Below, piece by piece: positions 14,533 to 17,789 of a DNA stretch of 17,789 nt; position 1 is the stretch's first letter, and each line of letters opens with the position of its first letter. The notes below the pieces were generated by a model. It was not told the origin of the DNA. It searched no databases and was given only the letters and a program-made list of their open reading frames with translations. This stretch comes from Promethearchaeota archaeon (GTDB taxonomy: Archaea; Asgardarchaeota; Hermodarchaeia; Hermodarchaeales; Hermodarchaeaceae), in NCBI GenBank assembly GCA_048939245.1, contig JBHLPR010000047.1, forward strand, positions 1 to 17,789, read 5' to 3'. Position numbers and translations under genes: made by a program.

Positions 14533-15936
14533 ATGAAAGCTTCAAGCATGTTTCTCTTATCGATGCTTATTGTGTCTCAATTTTTTGTATTTCCTTTTGT
14601 TCTTCTAGGTCACTCTCATAGAGTGTTTGCTCAGAATGGAGAATTGCAATTTGGTACGAATATCCGTGTAACCGATGGGTCATCGCCTTACACCGATCAA
14701 GTGGAACCAACGATGACCATTCTTAGTGATGGTCGCATTCTTATAGGCTGGAAAGAAGCTGAATCTCATAATAGTCCAGGTCGCCGGGTTGGATTTGCAT
14801 ATTCAACAGATGGTGGGGTCTCCTATACACCGAACATTCTCATGACCCGTATGTCCAGCGATAATTACCAATCAGATCCCTGGCTTGTGGCAGATGCAAA
14901 TGATAATGCATATTTTGTCTGGATTGAATTTAATGACATCATACAGAACTATCCTCCCGAAGGGATTGGTGTTTCTAAAACAACTGATGGTGGGGACACC
15001 TGGAATGCTCCCGTTAATGCTGCAGATACTCTAGGATTTGATGACAAGGAAACAGCCTGTATTGATTCCGCTGGGAATCTGTACATCGTTTGGGATCATT
15101 TCACCATAAATGAATCCTATATTATCGAAGCTGGCGATCTGCGATTAACCAATTCCACCGATGGGGGTGCTTCGTTCTCTCCTACAATCATTCCAGCTGA
15201 GATAGCGGTTCCTTATATTCACTGTTCATCGAATGATACCCTTTTCATCACCTATATCAATGGTACAACTGATGAAGCCAACTACACACAAATTTTTCTA
15301 ACCCGTTCCGATGACTATGGCGTCACCTGGACACCTAGTATTCTAGTTAATCCCACCTATTCTTTTGTAGACTCGATCACTGTTGTAAATACTGATAGTC
15401 AGCAAAATATCTATGTGGCATATAGTGCGGGTGTTAACGTAGATCCTGAGTATTTAGAAATCTATGTCGTAAAATCCACGGATGGTGGGCAAACATGGGG
15501 TACTCCAGTGCGAGTCAACGATGTTACTACGGGTATGCAGCGCATGGTAGAAATGTACATCACCGATGATGATGCCATCCATGTTGCTTGGCTAGATTCC
15601 CGGTTTAGCGAGTGGAATATCTTTTACAGCTCGTCTATTGATGGCGGTGCCTCCTTCTCAGCAAACGAACGCATCTCAGATGTCGGGTTTTCACAAACAT
15701 TCGATCGACCTGGGAATTATTTCTGTATGCGCCCAGCTCCTAACGGTGAAATGTGTATCGTCTGGACTGATGGTCGCAACGGGGTCGACCACGATATCTA
15801 TTTCGCCAGACAAGGACTAGTCCTTGCTCCTGTGTTCCCGATTCCTTTCGAATGGATAATCATTATCGCCATGGCGGTTGTTATTGTAGTAGTCCTTCTA
15901 CTTGTATGGTATCTCCTAAGAAAGCGGCAAATCTGA
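14533..15936 (+). CDS. BNR/Asp-box repeat (sialidase-fold) beta-propeller surface protein with a C-terminal TM anchor
   Basis: Six Asp-boxes: STDGGVSY, TTDGGDTW, STDGGASF, SDDYGVTW, STDGGQTW, SIDGGASF. Signal peptide, and a PIPF-TM-RKR tail. The start is one of 14524/14527/14530/14533; GGTGA at 14523-14527 favours 14533. Confidence 0.85.
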   Translation: MKASSMFLLSMLIVSQFFVFPFVLLGHSHRVFAQNGELQFGTNIRVTDGSSPYTDQVEPTMTILSDGRILIGWKEAESHNSPGRRVGFAYSTDGGVSYTPNILMTRMSSDNYQSDPWLVADANDNAYFVWIEFNDIIQNYPPEGIGVSKTTDGGDTWNAPVNAADTLGFDDKETACIDSAGNLYIVWDHFTINESYIIEAGDLRLTNSTDGGASFSPTIIPAEIAVPYIHCSSNDTLFITYINGTTDEANYTQIFLTRSDDYGVTWTPSILVNPTYSFVDSITVVNTDSQQNIYVAYSAGVNVDPEYLEIYVVKSTDGGQTWGTPVRVNDVTTGMQRMVEMYITDDDAIHVAWLDSRFSEWNIFYSSSIDGGASFSANERISDVGFSQTFDRPGNYFCMRPAPNGEMCIVWTDGRNGVDHDIYFARQGLVLAPVFPIPFEWIIIIAMAVVIVVVLLLVWYLLRKRQI

Positions 15937-16052
15937 ATTTATAGCAATGCCCTTGGAATCCTCTCAAAATCCTCTCCACCCCTTTTGATGTGAAACAAAA
16001 GAACTCGTCTTTATTAGGGTACCTTTTTTCATATAATAGAGGATTATGGGCT

Positions 16053-16075
16053 AGTAATTAGTAAGGCTAATTACT
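16053..16075. promoter_or_regulatory. Perfect inverted repeat AGTAATTAG-N5-CTAATTACT; candidate operator
   Basis: It lies downstream of the TATA-like TATAATA (16032-16038) and 40 nt upstream of the 16116 start. Confidence 0.5.
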
Positions 16076-16115
16076 GAAACAGTAAAAGACTTAGTAGAAT
16101 AATGGGTGCCTAACG

Positions 16116-16733
16116 GTGCAAAACGACTCCCTCTTATTGGAAAAGGTTCGTTCAAAACGAAAAAGCTTGGTGGCCTTTATCACATTAACCGTCTTTGCGT
16201 TTTTACTCGTCTTCATCGGAGTTAAAGGCTTCTTAGATCGGGCCTTTATGGAACTCTACTTTGGTCAATTTTTACCGCCTGAATTAATTGCTCTTCTCCC
16301 GGCATTCACCTTAGCTCAATTACACGACATCGGTATCCTTCTCGCTTCAATAGGGCTGGTCTTTCTGTACCTACCCATTACCCTAACTCTAGTGATTATC
16401 GAGAAATCGGATGAGTCCTCGCCTCATATTTACAGTCGGTTTATCCATTTTCTGTGCTATTCTGATTTCCTAAAGATTCTCGGGTTCTTTGGATTATTTT
16501 TGGCAAGCACAGGCGTTTGGTTTTGCATGCATCAAGCTTTCCTCTACCAGGGGGAATATCTCAAAGGCACTTTGCCATCAAACATCTACATCTTTCTCAC
16601 CTTTGAAATTCCACCCTTATTCCTACACTTAATTGGAAATCTCTTTGTAAATATTGGACTCATTACCATCATTGCGGTTAGCGCCATTAAGGTAATCCTA
16701 GGTCTACTAACTCGACAGCGGAGGATAGCATAA
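16116..16733 (+). CDS. Uncharacterised 4-TM membrane protein (two His-bearing hairpin repeats)
   Basis: 205 aa with four hydrophobic segments and a basic N-terminus. Its TAA overlaps the ATG of the next gene (TAATG, 16731-16735). Confidence 0.75.
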   Translation: MQNDSLLLEKVRSKRKSLVAFITLTVFAFLLVFIGVKGFLDRAFMELYFGQFLPPELIALLPAFTLAQLHDIGILLASIGLVFLYLPITLTLVIIEKSDESSPHIYSRFIHFLCYSDFLKILGFFGLFLASTGVWFCMHQAFLYQGEYLKGTLPSNIYIFLTFEIPPLFLHLIGNLFVNIGLITIIAVSAIKVILGLLTRQRRIA

Positions 16734-17344
16734 TGGCGAACATCCGATGGGAACGATGGCGACGCTGGTTTAATCGTATTCGAACGGTTAAGCAGGACTG
16801 GATCTTTTATGCGTTAGCTTTTATTCCCCTCTTTCTCATCAGTTTCGCCGTCTGGATATGCCTTGACGAAGCCATCTTTGCTTTACGCTACCGAATCGAA
16901 ATTCAGTGGTCTCTCTTTCCCTACTTTCGCGTCTTCCCCGACATCTGGCACTTTTTGGGGCTCTTTTTGTTTATTTTAGGCATGATCTTCATGGGGTTCA
17001 CCTTACTCCTTAATCGAAGCTCCGAACCTGAAACTAAAACAGAGCATGTCCAATGGTTTCGATTAATACGGCAACTCAGACAATGGTTAAGCAAAACTCC
17101 AGTTCTAGTGGTTCTCGGTCTAATCGGTCTCGTTAGCCTAGGAGTCGCTATTGGATGTATGTATTTCGCGTTTAATTCTCAAATACTCTGCTCGCTAGTG
17201 AGCCCAGGAATTCCTTGTTTCACCAATCTGTTTGGCCTGATTACAATTGAATCCCTTTTCCTACATCAAATTGGCGATGTCTTAGTGGCCATCGGGTTGA
17301 TCTTCATTTTCCTTGTTATCATTGGTGAACGCAGCGAAGACTAA
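16733..17344 (+). CDS. Uncharacterised 4-TM membrane protein, apparent paralogue of the upstream gene
   Basis: 203 aa with four hydrophobic segments. It shares LFLHxIGxxxVxIGL and CMxxAF with the upstream ORF, and a GGAGG SD lies inside the end of the upstream gene. Confidence 0.75.
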   Translation: MANIRWERWRRWFNRIRTVKQDWIFYALAFIPLFLISFAVWICLDEAIFALRYRIEIQWSLFPYFRVFPDIWHFLGLFLFILGMIFMGFTLLLNRSSEPETKTEHVQWFRLIRQLRQWLSKTPVLVVLGLIGLVSLGVAIGCMYFAFNSQILCSLVSPGIPCFTNLFGLITIESLFLHQIGDVLVAIGLIFIFLVIIGERSED

Positions 17345-17363
17345 TCTTAATTTCACATCGCAG

Positions 17364-17729
17364 CTATGAAACCATAGCCTCAATACCCCGTAGACGAAGA
17401 TAACTCGCCTGCAACCGTAATTCCGCTGCAAGCTGGGTATCTCCACTGTTATCATACATCTTAGCAATTTTTTCCAATGTATCCGCGGCTTTTGAGAAGT
17501 CTTCATCACCCAGGCTGGTCTGAACTTGCCATTCAAAACAGGCTAATGCTTGGGTTTCATATTTCCGCGGTGATCGGTTGATTTTTCGGGCTAGCTTTGC
17601 GGCTCGCTCAAAGAGCATACCTGCTGCATAATAATTATTTTGGCTCTTCTTTTTTCGTGCTTCGCGGACATAGCTGCGTATTTTCGCAGCATACTCTTCG
17701 CTACTCAAGCTCTCCACAACTGGGTTCAC
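17364..17729 (-). CDS. Small alpha-helical TPR/SNAP-like repeat protein
   Basis: 121 aa. NYYAAGMLFERAAKL, QALACFE and DFSKAADTLEKIAKMYDNSGDTQLAAE fit TPR-type periodicity. A TATA-like TTTATA lies about 36 nt upstream on the minus strand. Confidence 0.65.
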   Translation of the reverse strand: MNPVVESLSSEEYAAKIRSYVREARKKKSQNNYYAAGMLFERAAKLARKINRSPRKYETQALACFEWQVQTSLGDEDFSKAADTLEKIAKMYDNSGDTQLAAELRLQASYLRLRGIEAMVS

Positions 17730-17789
17730 AGGCTGAATCGCCTACCCTACCCAGATATATACAGTATAAAACAGGGCATAAGTGTTTCT

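Noticed and set aside
15957-16045. AATCCTCT twice, with its complement AGAGGATT downstream, as a possible RNA switch
   Set aside because: The matches are only 8 nt, there is no recognisable riboswitch architecture, and they span the likely promoter.
17282-17536. 84-aa minus-strand ORF
   Set aside because: It overlaps both the 17364-17729 gene in another frame and the 3' end of 16733-17344, and has no motifs.
1-17789. CRISPR arrays, tRNA/rRNA genes, IS elements and integrases
   Set aside because: No regularly spaced repeats, cloverleaf or rRNA signatures, or transposase/integrase motifs were seen by eye. A tRNAscan/Infernal run would be needed to exclude small RNAs.

Overview
Gene-dense archaeal window. 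GGTGA/GAGGT Shine-Dalgarno motifs, TTTAWA TATA-like boxes, fwd-type genes, cofC and C-terminally anchored surface proteins point to an archaeon; an Asgard-type lineage is plausible but is only an inference. Thirteen CDS are supported: a 5'-truncated FwdF-like polyferredoxin, a divergent FwdD-like protein, a membrane-anchored beta-lactamase-fold protein whose catalytic motifs appear lost, a rhomboid protease, CofC, a GPH/MFS sugar symporter, pyruvate phosphate dikinase, a GNAT acetyltransferase, an 876-aa surface protein with tandem GATase-like (GIFT/DUF4350-type) domains, a form IV RuBisCO-like protein, a BNR/Asp-box propeller, two translationally coupled 4-TM proteins and a small TPR/SNAP-like helical protein. 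No RNA genes, CRISPR arrays or mobile elements were recognised. The most unusual signals are: (1) the membrane-protein pair, built from four copies of one His-bearing 2-TM unit, behind a palindromic operator-like site; (2) an orphan RuBisCO-like protein in a sugar/PEP-metabolism neighbourhood; (3) the apparent beta-lactamase pseudoenzyme; (4) a shared Pro-motif/TM/basic tail on three surface proteins near a rhomboid protease; (5) a perfect 14-bp palindrome between the sugar transporter and ppdK. All motif comparisons were made by eye from remembered family consensus, not by database search.
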